Assembly: GCA_030532135.1 (NCBI GenBank) | Contig: JAUNLT010000003.1 | Span: 68,423-132,422, forward strand | Length of the DNA stretch: 64,000 bases | DNA from: Lagierella massiliensis | GTDB lineage: Bacteria > Bacillota > Clostridia > Tissierellales > Peptoniphilaceae | Direction of reading: 5' to 3' | Part shown: piece after piece, positions 38,944-49,782 of the stretch | How the letters are laid out: each line of letters opens with the position of its first letter | How positions within the stretch are numbered: the stretch's first letter is position 1 | Made by a program: the position numbers and the translations under genes | Notes under the pieces: generated by a model | Told to the model about the DNA's origin: nothing | The model's input: only the letters and a program-made list of their open reading frames with translations | Database searches by the model: none

Positions 38944-39834
38944 TTAATCAAAAACATTTATTGACTTTAAGTTTTTTTCTAATTCCTTGATTTTAACATT
39001 AATCTCTACTAATTTTCGATATATTTCAAGTAATTCATTTTTTAAATATTCTGGTATTAAATTTTTAGTATTCTTTTTTATATGATTAGTTACAGTAACC
39101 AATACCTTGCATATTATATTTGCATTATAAGAGCTTATTTCCATAATATAAATATATTCTATTATGGTATTATCAATTTCGAATTTCTTATCTAACTCAT
39201 CAAATATTAAATTTAAATCTTCTACATCATCAGGATAAATCAACAATAAATTCAAAATTAAATTTTTTTCATAATCGGTTATAGGTGTTTGATAACTTTT
39301 TATTCTATTTTCTAAAAACTGTAATATCCATTTATCAAAAATTTGTTTTTTCCCTTTGATATCTAATAATTCCACTTGCCTCTTTAATTCAAAATAGAAC
39401 ATTTTGATTGTTTCTTCTAAAACATTTATTGAAAAAATATTTGGTATATAATCTTTAATAGGATTATCTGAAATATTAAACATTAAAACAATATATAATA
39501 CTATCATTTCTTGCCTAACTTCTCTACTTCTCAATTGATTAATATTTTTTATTGCTTCATGAAATAGAGGCTCCATTGCTACAGATAATTCCTCGTACAT
39601 GTATGAATTATCTGTGAACCCTTCCCAGGCTATATTAAACAAGTACTGATTACTTGGATCAAACTTATTTAATATATATTTTTTGCACCACTCTTCATCC
39701 AATGAATATAAAAATGATACATTCCCCAGTAAAATTACTAGTGAATCATTATAATCTTTTTCATAAAGTATTTTTTCTAGAAATTCCTTATATTTATTTT
39801 CTAATATTCTTTCACCAGAATTTTTTTTGAAAAA
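38944..39834 (-). pseudogene. 5'-truncated C-terminal fragment of a large helical protein (resembles SIR2/DUF4020-type protein tails)
   Basis: Frame stays open 44 codons upstream of the TTG with no ATG/RBS; motif VILLGNVSFLYSLDEEWC...AWEGF; very low GC. Confidence 0.5.
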
Positions 39835-39880
39835 CTATTTCTAAAAGCCCTTGTTTTCAACATTTTTATAGTCTATTATG

Positions 39881-41224
39881 TTATTTCCTTACCATCATGG
39901 CAATGCACTCCAAATGTGAAGTTCTAGGAAATTGATCTAATATCTCTAAATTTTCTATACTATATCCATTTTCTAACATTATCTTTAAATCTCTTGCCTG
40001 TGTTACGGGATTACAGCTAATGTATACAAACTTTTCAGGTTTTATATTGAGTATCTTCTTTATTGCCTTTGGATGTATTCCTTCTCTTGGTGGATCTAGT
40101 ACGATTATATCTGCCAAGGATTTTAGTTCTTCAATCTTTTCTAGTACATCTCCTTGTATAAATTCACAGTTTGTAATATTATTCAGTTTGCATGTTTCTT
40201 TTGCTTTTTCTACAGCTTCTTCTACAATTTCTATTCCGTAGACTCTTTTTGCCTTTTTAGAAAATATCTGTCCTATTGTTCCTGTTCCTGAATAAAGATC
40301 AAATACAGTTTTATCTGATATGTCTCCTGCTAATTTTAAGGCTCTCGTATAAAGTACTTTTGCCATATTGGGGTTTGGCTGAAAGAATGAAAATGGGCCA
40401 ATGTGAAACTTTAGTCCTAATAGTTCTTCTTCTATATATCCTTTCCCAAATAATATTTTTATTTCATCTGCTTGTACCGTATCTGATAGTCCGTCATTTA
40501 TCGTGTGTATGATTGTTGAAATTTTACTTTTTAATGAAATGTTTTTTAAATAATTGACAAATTCTCTTTCGTCTAAATCGTCTTGTGATGAAGTGACTAG
40601 ATTAATTAAAAATTCATCTTTTGAAAAGGAATACTTTAAAACTAAATGCCTTAAAAATCCCTCATGTCTTCTGGATTTATAAAACTTTTTGCCTTTTTGT
40701 CTAAAGTACTGTTCTAAATTCTTTCTTATAATTTCAAAACCTTCTACCACAATATTGCAATTTGTAGTAGGTGTGATTTCATAGTATCTTCCTCTAGAAT
40801 GTAATCCAAGTACTAAAGGTCCGTCTTTAACCTTATCTCCAAAACTATATTCCATCTTATTTCTGTACGAATTTGTACTTATGGCTGGATTTACTTTAAT
40901 TTCTTTGTCGTATATATCTTTGTAGAGATCTTTTATGCCTTCTATTTTGATTTTTATCTCTTCTTCATATGGTATTGACTGATAACTACATCCTCCACAT
41001 ACTCCAAACACATCGCATGTTTTATTTGTCTCAAGCTTTGACTTTTCTAAAACTTCTATTAATTTTGCTTCCACATAGTCGTTTTTTCTTCTCTTATGGG
41101 CTATCTTTACTTTTTGTCCTGGTATTCCACCTTTGAATTTATATATATTATCTTTATCTATAAGTATAGATTTATTGGGAAATTCTATTTTTTTAATTTC
41201 TCCTATTATTTCTTTTTTTCTCAT
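39881..41224 (-). CDS. rlmD: 23S rRNA (uracil-1939-C5)-methyltransferase
   Basis: CDVFGVCGGC Fe-S motif, YRNKMEY, SFFQ, DLYSGTG, LDPPREG, YISCNP, DQFPRT.HLE. Confidence 0.93.
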   Translation of the reverse strand: MRKKEIIGEIKKIEFPNKSILIDKDNIYKFKGGIPGQKVKIAHKRRKNDYVEAKLIEVLEKSKLETNKTCDVFGVCGGCSYQSIPYEEEIKIKIEGIKDLYKDIYDKEIKVNPAISTNSYRNKMEYSFGDKVKDGPLVLGLHSRGRYYEITPTTNCNIVVEGFEIIRKNLEQYFRQKGKKFYKSRRHEGFLRHLVLKYSFSKDEFLINLVTSSQDDLDEREFVNYLKNISLKSKISTIIHTINDGLSDTVQADEIKILFGKGYIEEELLGLKFHIGPFSFFQPNPNMAKVLYTRALKLAGDISDKTVFDLYSGTGTIGQIFSKKAKRVYGIEIVEEAVEKAKETCKLNNITNCEFIQGDVLEKIEELKSLADIIVLDPPREGIHPKAIKKILNIKPEKFVYISCNPVTQARDLKIMLENGYSIENLEILDQFPRTSHLECIAMMVRK

Positions 41225-42597
41225 CTTTTCTTTCTATACCTTTCCATATTATTTCTATATCCATTGGTTTTCTTTTCTATATAAGCCAATATAGAAAGCA
41301 TAAATATTCCCTTTAACGCTTGTGAGGTGGACATTGATATCCAAATTCCTCTAAGTTCAAAAATCTTCATAAAAAAATATGCCATTGGAATTCTAAGTAG
41401 ATTAAACGCAGTTGATACTAGTGCTGGATATTTTGTAAGTCCAAGTCCATTTAACATTCCTGATGTACCTATCTCTTGTGACATCAATATGGTTGTAGCT
41501 CCTAGTATTAAAAGATATATTCTTCCTTCTGCTATGACTCTCGGGTCGTTTGGTGTAAATATTTTAAATAAAAAACCTGAACCAAGCATCAATATAGCTG
41601 TTGCGATTAGTCCAATTATTAAAGTCAGTTTTATACAAACCCATTTTCCCTTTTTAAGTCTTTCGTAGTTTTTTGCACCGTAATTTTGTCCAAAAAAAGT
41701 TGTAAAAGCTGTCGCAAACCCTTCTGAACTCATCCACGATATGGACTCTATTTGTGAACCTATAGTGTATGTTGCAATTCCTACTGCACCGTAGATTGCA
41801 ATGTACTTGTTCAATTTAATTGATACTAAGTTGTGTATTAAACTCTGTCCACAAGGTGCAATTCCAAGTTTGAAGATTTCTTTTGCATTTTTAAATTCTA
41901 AAGTCTTAAAATAATGGTACTTCATATACTCTTCTCTATACTTTAATCCAATGTAAATGTACATAAAAACTCCAAGAGCTTGTGCAAGTATTGTAGCAAG
42001 TGCTGCACCTTTAATTCCCATTTTGGGAATGGGTCCTAGTCCAAAAATTAAAATAGGATCCATTATTATATTGAAAATAAGTGCTATTATTGCCGTCTTA
42101 AATGGTGTTGAACTATTTCCTTGAGCATAGAAATGGGAACCAAAGAATGGTATAAAAAATGTAAATAAAAGTCCTATTGATATTATTAAGTGATAGTCTA
42201 AGGCAAGTTTAAATACCGATTTTTCTAAGTTGAAATATCCATAAATTTCTTTTCTAAATACTATAAAAGCTGTTGTTAAAATGGCCCAAAGTAATAAGTT
42301 TAGTTGAAAACCTCCTATAGTAATCTTTCTTATTTCTTCCCTATCTCCTTTTCCATGAGCTTGTGCAAGTTCCACTGACATACCTGTTTTTACAATAAGG
42401 GTTATAGCATTTGCCATCCACATAAAAAAACCTACTGTTCCAACTGCTGCAACTGCATCAGTGGAAAGTCTCCCTATCCATATTAAATCTACAAGGCTAT
42501 AAGCCATTTGTACAAAAGCTATTCCCATTAAGGGCATTGCCATTTTAGCAAGGGCAGAACTTATATCCCCTTGAAGTAAATTTTGAGATTTTAACAT
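41221..42597 (-). CDS. MATE family efflux transporter
   Basis: VDLIWIGRLS, NIIMDPILI, GAALAT, GQNYGA; about 12 TM. Confidence 0.92.
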   Translation of the reverse strand: MLKSQNLLQGDISSALAKMAMPLMGIAFVQMAYSLVDLIWIGRLSTDAVAAVGTVGFFMWMANAITLIVKTGMSVELAQAHGKGDREEIRKITIGGFQLNLLLWAILTTAFIVFRKEIYGYFNLEKSVFKLALDYHLIISIGLLFTFFIPFFGSHFYAQGNSSTPFKTAIIALIFNIIMDPILIFGLGPIPKMGIKGAALATILAQALGVFMYIYIGLKYREEYMKYHYFKTLEFKNAKEIFKLGIAPCGQSLIHNLVSIKLNKYIAIYGAVGIATYTIGSQIESISWMSSEGFATAFTTFFGQNYGAKNYERLKKGKWVCIKLTLIIGLIATAILMLGSGFLFKIFTPNDPRVIAEGRIYLLILGATTILMSQEIGTSGMLNGLGLTKYPALVSTAFNLLRIPMAYFFMKIFELRGIWISMSTSQALKGIFMLSILAYIEKKTNGYRNNMERYRKKR

Positions 42598-42607
42598 ATT
42601 TGCTCCT

Positions 42608-44902
42608 TTATAAAAAATTATCTAAATCTCTCAAAGTAAATATTGACCTTATATTCTTCCAATGTCTTGGAATTAGGTTTTTATAAGGATAATTAAAAAA
42701 TCTATCGTCTATTAATATACAATCTCCCACATCAGATGCAGTTCTTATAACTCTTCCTCCTGCTTGTTGTACTTTATTCATACCAGGATAAATATAGGCG
42801 TAATCAAAACCTAATTTGTCTCTTTCACAATAATAATTTTTAATTAAATCTCTTTCAATTGAAATTCCTGGAAGTCCAACAGATACCACAGAAACTCCTT
42901 TGAGTCTATTTCCTGCAAGGTCAATTCCTTCAGAAAAGACTCCCCCAAGTACCACAAATCCTATGATATTTGACTTTGTGGTAAAAAGTGCCAAGAAGTC
43001 CTCTCTTTCTGTTTCAGTCATTAACTTATTTTGAACTGCTATTTTTTTATCTTTTACATTAAATTTATTATACACTTCCATCATAAATTTATATGACGGA
43101 AAAAATAATAAGAAGTTTCCCTTCCTATTAGTATATTTTTGTAAAACTTTAGTAATTATATCATAATTTTTATCTCTGTCCACATACCTTGTAGAAATTG
43201 GCAATACGCCAACTTTAAAATTTTTCGGATCAAATGGTGAAGGTAGTTTTAGTTTGTAATACTTTGAGTTAAAACTTCCAAAAAGATCCACATAAAAGTC
43301 CATAGGTGACAGTGTTGCTGAAAAAAATATCGTACTCTGTGCCCTTTTTAATATGTCTTTGAAGATTGGAGAGGTATCTAAACATAAAATCTTCATAATT
43401 TTATCATGTTCTTCTTCAATAAAAAGTGTATTGTAATTGGTTGAATAAAAATCTGTAATTTTGAAGAATCTCTTTAATTCAAAATAAATATCCAGTATCT
43501 TATCGTAACTTTCAAATTCTTTATTTTTAACAAGAAATTTCTCAAGTCCTTTTAAACATATATTCAAGTCTTCTAAAAATTTTATATCTAAAGTTTTTTT
43601 AACAGAAATTTTATTTTTTAATTCTATTGAATTTATATATTTTATAAGTTTTGCAAGTTTTAAAGATAGTTTATAGTGTTTTTCTTCTAGAATTTCCCTA
43701 ATTTCATCAATCATATTTCTTGAAATTTCTGAAGAATACATATTTCTTCCTCTATCTACTAAATTATGTGCTTCATCAACTAAAAAACTATAATTCTCCA
43801 CAGATGAATCAAAAAACCTTCGCAGATAAACCGTTGGATCAAAACAATAATTATAGTCGCAAATTATCAAGTCTGAAAAATTCGCCATATCTAGTTGAAA
43901 CTCCATGGGACAAACTCTATGTTTTCTTGCATATGCTATGATGGTCTCTCTATTTAAAAAGTCTTCGTTTTCATATATATCAAAAATTGCTTCATTGACT
44001 CTGTCAAAATGTCCCTTTGCATAGGGACAATCCTTAGGATTACATTTTATAATATCATTTATACATATTTTTTCTTTTGCAGTAATTGTCAAAGTTTTAA
44101 GAATAAGTCCCTTATCCATAAGTCTTAAAATTGCTTTATTTGCTTCATTTTTAGTTGTAGAGCGGGCTGTTAAATAGAATAATTTATCAGTTATTTTATT
44201 TCCCAAGGCTTTAATAGCAGGATAAATTGTGGACATTGTTTTTCCAATTCCCGTTGGTGCTTCGACAAATAGCCTAGATCTGTCTTTTAGTACATTGTAT
44301 ACAGAAATGGAAAGCTCTCTTTGACCCTTTCTATAAATTGTGTAGGGAAATGGAACCGATTTTATTTTTTCATCTCTGTTTTTTCTAAAATTAACTATCA
44401 TAATAGAAAAATCTAAGTACAAATCCAAAAGATTAAGATAAAACTCTTCTAGTTCTAAAAAAGAAAAATTTTTTACAATTCGTTTTATCTCGCTATTTTC
44501 TACGTTAAAGTAGGTTAGTTGAATATCTATACTTTCAAGACCTTCTTTTAAAGCATAGAAATATCCATAACACTTGCCCTGTGCCCAGTGAAGGGGGTTT
44601 GTGTTATATTCCAGTTGTTCCAAAGGTCTTGTTGTAGTCTTAATCTCATCTATTAAAGCATAGTCACCTTTACGGTAAATACCGTCAGCTCTTCCTTCAA
44701 CTCTAAATAAAAGTTCCTTATGAAAAGTTTCATTTTTTAAAAAGACTTCTTTTTCATGATTTTTTCCGTATTCTCTTTGAAGTTTCGAGTGAATCCTTTG
44801 TCCCTCTTTCATTCTGCCTTTGTCTATAAATGAATTGTCTATATCTCCACTTCTCATGACAAATTCTATTAGACCTCTTACAGATAATTTAAAATCTTCC
44901 AT
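42608..44902 (-). CDS. DinG/Rad3-like Fe-S helicase with N-terminal PD-(D/E)xK nuclease domain
   Basis: GRADG...IDEIKT; APTGIGKT; four Cys; DEAH; SATL; SEGID; QAGGRVIR. Confidence 0.88.
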   Translation of the reverse strand: MEDFKLSVRGLIEFVMRSGDIDNSFIDKGRMKEGQRIHSKLQREYGKNHEKEVFLKNETFHKELLFRVEGRADGIYRKGDYALIDEIKTTTRPLEQLEYNTNPLHWAQGKCYGYFYALKEGLESIDIQLTYFNVENSEIKRIVKNFSFLELEEFYLNLLDLYLDFSIMIVNFRKNRDEKIKSVPFPYTIYRKGQRELSISVYNVLKDRSRLFVEAPTGIGKTMSTIYPAIKALGNKITDKLFYLTARSTTKNEANKAILRLMDKGLILKTLTITAKEKICINDIIKCNPKDCPYAKGHFDRVNEAIFDIYENEDFLNRETIIAYARKHRVCPMEFQLDMANFSDLIICDYNYCFDPTVYLRRFFDSSVENYSFLVDEAHNLVDRGRNMYSSEISRNMIDEIREILEEKHYKLSLKLAKLIKYINSIELKNKISVKKTLDIKFLEDLNICLKGLEKFLVKNKEFESYDKILDIYFELKRFFKITDFYSTNYNTLFIEEEHDKIMKILCLDTSPIFKDILKRAQSTIFFSATLSPMDFYVDLFGSFNSKYYKLKLPSPFDPKNFKVGVLPISTRYVDRDKNYDIITKVLQKYTNRKGNFLLFFPSYKFMMEVYNKFNVKDKKIAVQNKLMTETEREDFLALFTTKSNIIGFVVLGGVFSEGIDLAGNRLKGVSVVSVGLPGISIERDLIKNYYCERDKLGFDYAYIYPGMNKVQQAGGRVIRTASDVGDCILIDDRFFNYPYKNLIPRHWKNIRSIFTLRDLDNFL

Positions 44903-44947
44903 AATACCACCAAAAAACCTTCAACTTTTACAATTGAAGGTTACAAA

Positions 44948-45808
44948 CTATCTTATTGAAATGTTCCAAATATCTCTAATAAATTTAACTATATCTCTAT
45001 CTGCCCTCTTAGGATATTCATAACTCAAGATTTCTGCAACTTCAAGTCCTTCTTTTCTAAAGAGGGTACACGCACTAAATAGACTATTCCACAACTGTTC
45101 TCTTTCTGGATTTGGATACATTTGTAAGAATTTATCGTAATGTTCTTTTTCCAAATAGGTTTTAAATGACTTAAACCTTGGTCCTATATTAACTGCAAAG
45201 TCGTATTTTGCACCAATATAGTACTCTGTCATAAGATTTAATTGATATCTCAAATCGTCAAAGAGGTTGCTGGCGTAGAAAAACTCATTCCTATTTAAAG
45301 CTTTAGTTATTTCCACAGATTTTATAAAAAACTCGTTGCAACATTGGACGTACTCTTTTTGTGTAGGTTTTAATTGTCTATATTTAGCATCTGTTATTTT
45401 AGAGTTGGAAACCAACATATTTTCTTTGTCTAAATGTAGCTTACATAAACTATCTACGTTTATATAGGACTGTAAATCAGTATTTTTCATAAAAGTAAAG
45501 TCTACTTTGGTAATGTCTTCTAAAATTACCACATATCTTAATACATTACTAAAATAATTACTCATCATACTTAGACCCTGTCTTTTCTGAAGAATCCTGC
45601 TACTTTCTATAAGCTCTTGAAATGTCTCGAGAAGACCAAGTTCATTTAAATCTTTTACTCCTATAATCACTTTAAAATCTGGCATATCGTCTTGTCTTAA
45701 AGAAAGGTTCATTCTTCTTCCAGTTTCTAAAAGTGCAGTTAAATTTTTATTGTTAAGAACTACTCTCATAAGGTAGCCCATTAAATTGTCTTTATTCAAA
45801 AAAATCAC
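44948..45808 (-). CDS. Aminoglycoside 6-adenylyltransferase-like protein with a divergent active site
   Basis: C-terminal half follows the ANT(6)/AadK pattern (CCNEFF...W..LF...LFR....EVA..L.Y.YP); N-terminal NTase motifs altered. Confidence 0.7.
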   Translation of the reverse strand: MIFLNKDNLMGYLMRVVLNNKNLTALLETGRRMNLSLRQDDMPDFKVIIGVKDLNELGLLETFQELIESSRILQKRQGLSMMSNYFSNVLRYVVILEDITKVDFTFMKNTDLQSYINVDSLCKLHLDKENMLVSNSKITDAKYRQLKPTQKEYVQCCNEFFIKSVEITKALNRNEFFYASNLFDDLRYQLNLMTEYYIGAKYDFAVNIGPRFKSFKTYLEKEHYDKFLQMYPNPEREQLWNSLFSACTLFRKEGLEVAEILSYEYPKRADRDIVKFIRDIWNISIR

Positions 45809-46043
45809 ACCTTGTAATCAATTTTACCTACCTTTATTTTATAGGATTGTATGGACTTAATCAAATATAAATGTTTGTATTTCAACTTTTATAAATAGTT
45901 ATAAAAATAATTATATGTCATTTAAATTTAAACTGAATAAATAGCATTAATAATTAAATTTTTATAAATTTTACTTTTAAACTTTAACTTAAGATATGTT
46001 TTGTGTTATAATGGTTGCAATTTTAAAAATGAAGGAGAATAAT

Positions 46044-47627
46044 ATGAAACTATTTCGTAAAATTACAGTAGTTCTTTTAGGAGCCTTTTTTATTCTAAAT
46101 TCCTTCGCAAATAACTCTATGGCTGTTGAAACAGAAACACCTGGAGTTTTTAGAGTTGGTATGGAAGTAAATTATGCCCCTTTCAATTGGACACAAGTTA
46201 ATGGTGAAAACAAAGCTTATCCCGTTTTAAATAGTCCCGGTGAGTTTGCCAATGGATATGATGTAGAAATGGCAAAAAGAATATCACAGGGCTTAGGACT
46301 GGATTTAGAAATTGTAAAAATCGAATGGGATGGACTAATTCCTGCACTTCAGTCGGGAAAAATCGATGCTATAATTGCGGGTATGTCCCCTACCGAGGAG
46401 AGGAAAAAGGAGATTGACTTTTCTACTAATTACTATACTTCAGACCTTGTAGTAGTTTTAAAGAAAGGATCAAAATACGAAGATGCTAAATCCATTGAGG
46501 AATTTGAAAATGCAAAACTTACGGCACAATTAAATACTTTTCACTATGAAGTTCTAGATCAGATGAAAGGTATTGATAAACAAGAACCTCTAGACACCTT
46601 CTCAACCTTAATTCTAAATACTAAAACCGATAAGATAGACGGTTATGTATCTGAAAGACCTGGAGCTTTGTCTGCGGTAAACGCAAATAGCGACTTGACT
46701 TTTGTAGATTTTGAAGATGGAATGGGTTTTGACACTTCTGAAGAAGATACTGCTGTTGCGGTAGGTTTAAGAAAGGGTACTTCTTTAACTGACGATGTCA
46801 ACAAGGTATTAAAAGATATTTCTGAAGAAGAAAGACAGTCTATAATGGAGGATAAAGTTTCTCTACAAACTGATGAAAATTCAGAAGAGAAAAATTTTTG
46901 GGCAGATTTAAAAGATATTTGGTCAACTTACAAATCTTTATTTCTAAAGGGAATAGGCCTAACTTTAGCTTTAGCCGTAGTTGCAACCTCTATAGGCTTT
47001 CTAATAGGACTTGTCGTTGCCATGCTAAAGACAATGGAAGTTTCTAGAGATAAAACTTTCGCATATGTACTTAAAAAAATACTCGACTTTATACTTACCG
47101 CATACATTGAAATCTTTAGAGGTACTCCTATGATGGTTCAGGCAATACTTGTTTTCTATGGTATTCCCTACCTCTTTGATATTCAGACAAATGCAATGGT
47201 AACAGCTTTTGTCGTAGTTTCTGTAAATACTGGAGCCTACTTATCTGAAGTTGTTCGTGGAGGAATTAATTCCATTGACAAAGGACAGGCTGAAGGTTGT
47301 AAAGCTCTTGGTATGAACCACGCACAGGCTATGAGATATGTTATTTTACCTCAAGCTGTAAAAAACATCATACCTTCAATTGGGAATGAACTTGTGGTAA
47401 ATATTAAGGATACCGCCGTTCTTTCAGTAATTTCAGTTACAGAGTTGTTCTTTATGGCAAGATCTGTTTCAGGAACTACAAATAAGTACTTTCAAACTTA
47501 TATAATCGTACTTGTCATCTACTTCATTATTACATTTACAATGACAAGATTAATTAGATTTATAGAATATAAATTATTTAAAGTATCTAACTTTAAAATT
47601 CAATCTGTCACTGGAGGTGAAAAGTAG
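46044..47627 (+). CDS. Polar amino acid ABC transporter, fused substrate-binding/permease subunit
   Basis: YAPFNW, GYDV, IAGMSPTEER; FRGTP, GQAEG..ALG; RBS AAGGAG before ATG at 46044. Confidence 0.92.
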   Translation: MKLFRKITVVLLGAFFILNSFANNSMAVETETPGVFRVGMEVNYAPFNWTQVNGENKAYPVLNSPGEFANGYDVEMAKRISQGLGLDLEIVKIEWDGLIPALQSGKIDAIIAGMSPTEERKKEIDFSTNYYTSDLVVVLKKGSKYEDAKSIEEFENAKLTAQLNTFHYEVLDQMKGIDKQEPLDTFSTLILNTKTDKIDGYVSERPGALSAVNANSDLTFVDFEDGMGFDTSEEDTAVAVGLRKGTSLTDDVNKVLKDISEEERQSIMEDKVSLQTDENSEEKNFWADLKDIWSTYKSLFLKGIGLTLALAVVATSIGFLIGLVVAMLKTMEVSRDKTFAYVLKKILDFILTAYIEIFRGTPMMVQAILVFYGIPYLFDIQTNAMVTAFVVVSVNTGAYLSEVVRGGINSIDKGQAEGCKALGMNHAQAMRYVILPQAVKNIIPSIGNELVVNIKDTAVLSVISVTELFFMARSVSGTTNKYFQTYIIVLVIYFIITFTMTRLIRFIEYKLFKVSNFKIQSVTGGEK

Positions 47628-48365
47628 ATGGATAATACAATATTAAAACTTTCCCATATAAAAAAAGAATTTGGAGAAGTAAAAGTCTTAAAAGATATTA
47701 ATTTGAATATTAAAAAAGGTGAGGTAGTATCTGTAATAGGTCCTTCTGGTTCTGGTAAGTCCACCATGTTAAGGTGTATTAATCTACTGGAAAAACCAAC
47801 AGCTGGAGATATACTATATCATGAAAAGTCTATTCTAGATCCTAATTTTGATCTGTGTCAGTATAGAAGTAAAGTTGGCATGGTGTTTCAACAGTTTAAC
47901 TTGTTTAATAATATGTCTGTTATTGAAAATTGTGTTATTGGTCAAGTAAAAGTCCACGGGGTTAAAAGATCTACTGCAATAAAAAATGCTGAAAAATTCT
48001 TAGATTCTGTTGGTATGCTGGACAGAAAAGACGCCATGCCTTCTCAAATATCCGGTGGACAAAAACAAAGGGTTACAATTGCAAGAGCTTTATGTATGAA
48101 TCCTGAAGTGCTTCTCTTTGATGAACCCACTTCCGCCTTAGACCCTCAACTTGTAGGAGAGGTACTTGAGGTTATGACTTCTCTTGCAAAGTCAGGAATG
48201 ACAATGGTAGTTGTAACCCATGAAATGGACTTTGCAAAAGATGTATCTAATAGAGTTTGTTTTATGGATGGGGGTATAATATTAGAAGAGGGTAACCCTC
48301 AAACACTTTTCGAAAATCCAAAAGAGGATAGAACTAAAGAATTTTTACAAAGAATTATTAGATAG
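47628..48365 (+). CDS. Polar amino acid ABC ATPase (GlnQ-like)
   Basis: [30 protein letters not shown]. Confidence 0.93.
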   Translation: MDNTILKLSHIKKEFGEVKVLKDINLNIKKGEVVSVIGPSGSGKSTMLRCINLLEKPTAGDILYHEKSILDPNFDLCQYRSKVGMVFQQFNLFNNMSVIENCVIGQVKVHGVKRSTAIKNAEKFLDSVGMLDRKDAMPSQISGGQKQRVTIARALCMNPEVLLFDEPTSALDPQLVGEVLEVMTSLAKSGMTMVVVTHEMDFAKDVSNRVCFMDGGIILEEGNPQTLFENPKEDRTKEFLQRIIR

Positions 48366-48373
48366 GAGTTTTA

Positions 48374-49015
48374 ATGGAGAAGTATATACTTTTTGATTTA
48401 GATGGAACTTTAACAGATTCTGGACAGGGTATAAAAAATGCAATTAAGTACGCCATGGATGAGATGAATCTAGGCGAATGTAGTGAAGAAATTTTAAATA
48501 GTTTTATAGGCCCTCCCCTAATTGACTCATTTAAAAAACACTTTGATTTAGATTCTGAAAAAGCCTTAAAAGCTGTAGAAACATATAGGATTTACTACAA
48601 AGAAAAAGGTAAATTTGAAAATATACCTTACGATGGTATTGAAAAGACCTTAAAGACTTTAAAGGAAAAAAATAATCACTTATTATTAGCTACTTCTAAA
48701 CCTGAAGTATTTGCAAGAGAAATTTTAAAACACTTTAATTTGGACAAGTATTTTGATCACATTGCCGGTGCAACTCTAGATGGCAAAATTAGTGAAAAAT
48801 CAGATGTTATTAAGTACTGTTTAGAAAACTATCCCCACAATATCAAAGAAACCTATATGATTGGAGACAGATTTTACGATATTGATGGAGGCAAATTTTG
48901 GGGACTTAAAACAATTGGCGTTACCTATGGATATGGGAGTCGTTTAGAACTTGAAAATGCAGGTGCCGATTTTATCGTTGACAGTCCTTTGGAAATACTG
49001 AATATATTAAGTTAA
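48374..49015 (+). CDS. HAD-superfamily phosphatase
   Basis: FDLDGTLTDS, ATSK, MIGDR..D. Confidence 0.9.
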   Translation: MEKYILFDLDGTLTDSGQGIKNAIKYAMDEMNLGECSEEILNSFIGPPLIDSFKKHFDLDSEKALKAVETYRIYYKEKGKFENIPYDGIEKTLKTLKEKNNHLLLATSKPEVFAREILKHFNLDKYFDHIAGATLDGKISEKSDVIKYCLENYPHNIKETYMIGDRFYDIDGGKFWGLKTIGVTYGYGSRLELENAGADFIVDSPLEILNILS

Positions 49016-49043
49016 AAAGAGAAGACAAAAGTCTTCTCTTTTT
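49014..49043. terminator. Bidirectional terminator
   Basis: AAAAAGAGAAGAC-aaaa-GTCTTCTCTTTTT between convergent genes. Confidence 0.85.
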
Positions 49044-49782
49044 AATAATACACTTTCATTAAGTATAGCCCCGAAGGCGAAATTGTAGGTCCTGCGGTTT
49101 TTCTATTCGCTTTTAAAATTGCATCTTCAAGCCATTTCAAATCTTTTTTTCCTCTACCTATTTCTACAAGTGATCCTACAATAATCCTAACCATATTTCT
49201 TAAAAAGGACTCTGCTTTAAATTCGAAAATAAAGTCCTCTCCTTCTTTAAAAATTTCTAGACTATCTAAAGTTCTTTTTGTGTTAATGGGTTCACTAGGT
49301 TTAGAATTTGTAAATGACTGAAAATCATGATGCCCTATAAGTATCTTTGCACCTTGTCTCATCAATTCTAAGTCAATATTATGAATTGTATTACCCTTAT
49401 AGTTTCTATACATAGGATGCATAAATCTATTATTATTTAAAATGTATTTATAGTATTTTCCCTTTGCAGAAAAACGTGCATGAAAATCTTTACTTACTTC
49501 TTCTACTTTAGTAATCAGTATTTCATCTTCTGTTAAAAAAGAGTTCAATCCTCTTCTCACATTGTCTTCCGTGTAGTTGTTAGGAACAAAGAAGTTGAAA
49601 ACTTGTCCATACGCATGAACACCTTTATCAGTTCTTCCAGCAGTTGCAAGTTTTACATCCATCTTTGTTACTATCTTAATCGCTCTAAGTATACTTTTTT
49701 CAACAGTTCTATAACCATCTTGTTTTTGCCAACCATAATAATTAGATCCGTCATATGAAACGGTTACTTTCATATTCTTCAT
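49042..49782 (-). CDS. truA: tRNA pseudouridine(38-40) synthase
   Basis: YDGS.Y.GWQ, GRTDKGVHA, FHARF, FLRNMVR, GLYL. Confidence 0.95.
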   Translation of the reverse strand: MKNMKVTVSYDGSNYYGWQKQDGYRTVEKSILRAIKIVTKMDVKLATAGRTDKGVHAYGQVFNFFVPNNYTEDNVRRGLNSFLTEDEILITKVEEVSKDFHARFSAKGKYYKYILNNNRFMHPMYRNYKGNTIHNIDLELMRQGAKILIGHHDFQSFTNSKPSEPINTKRTLDSLEIFKEGEDFIFEFKAESFLRNMVRIIVGSLVEIGRGKKDLKWLEDAILKANRKTAGPTISPSGLYLMKVYY

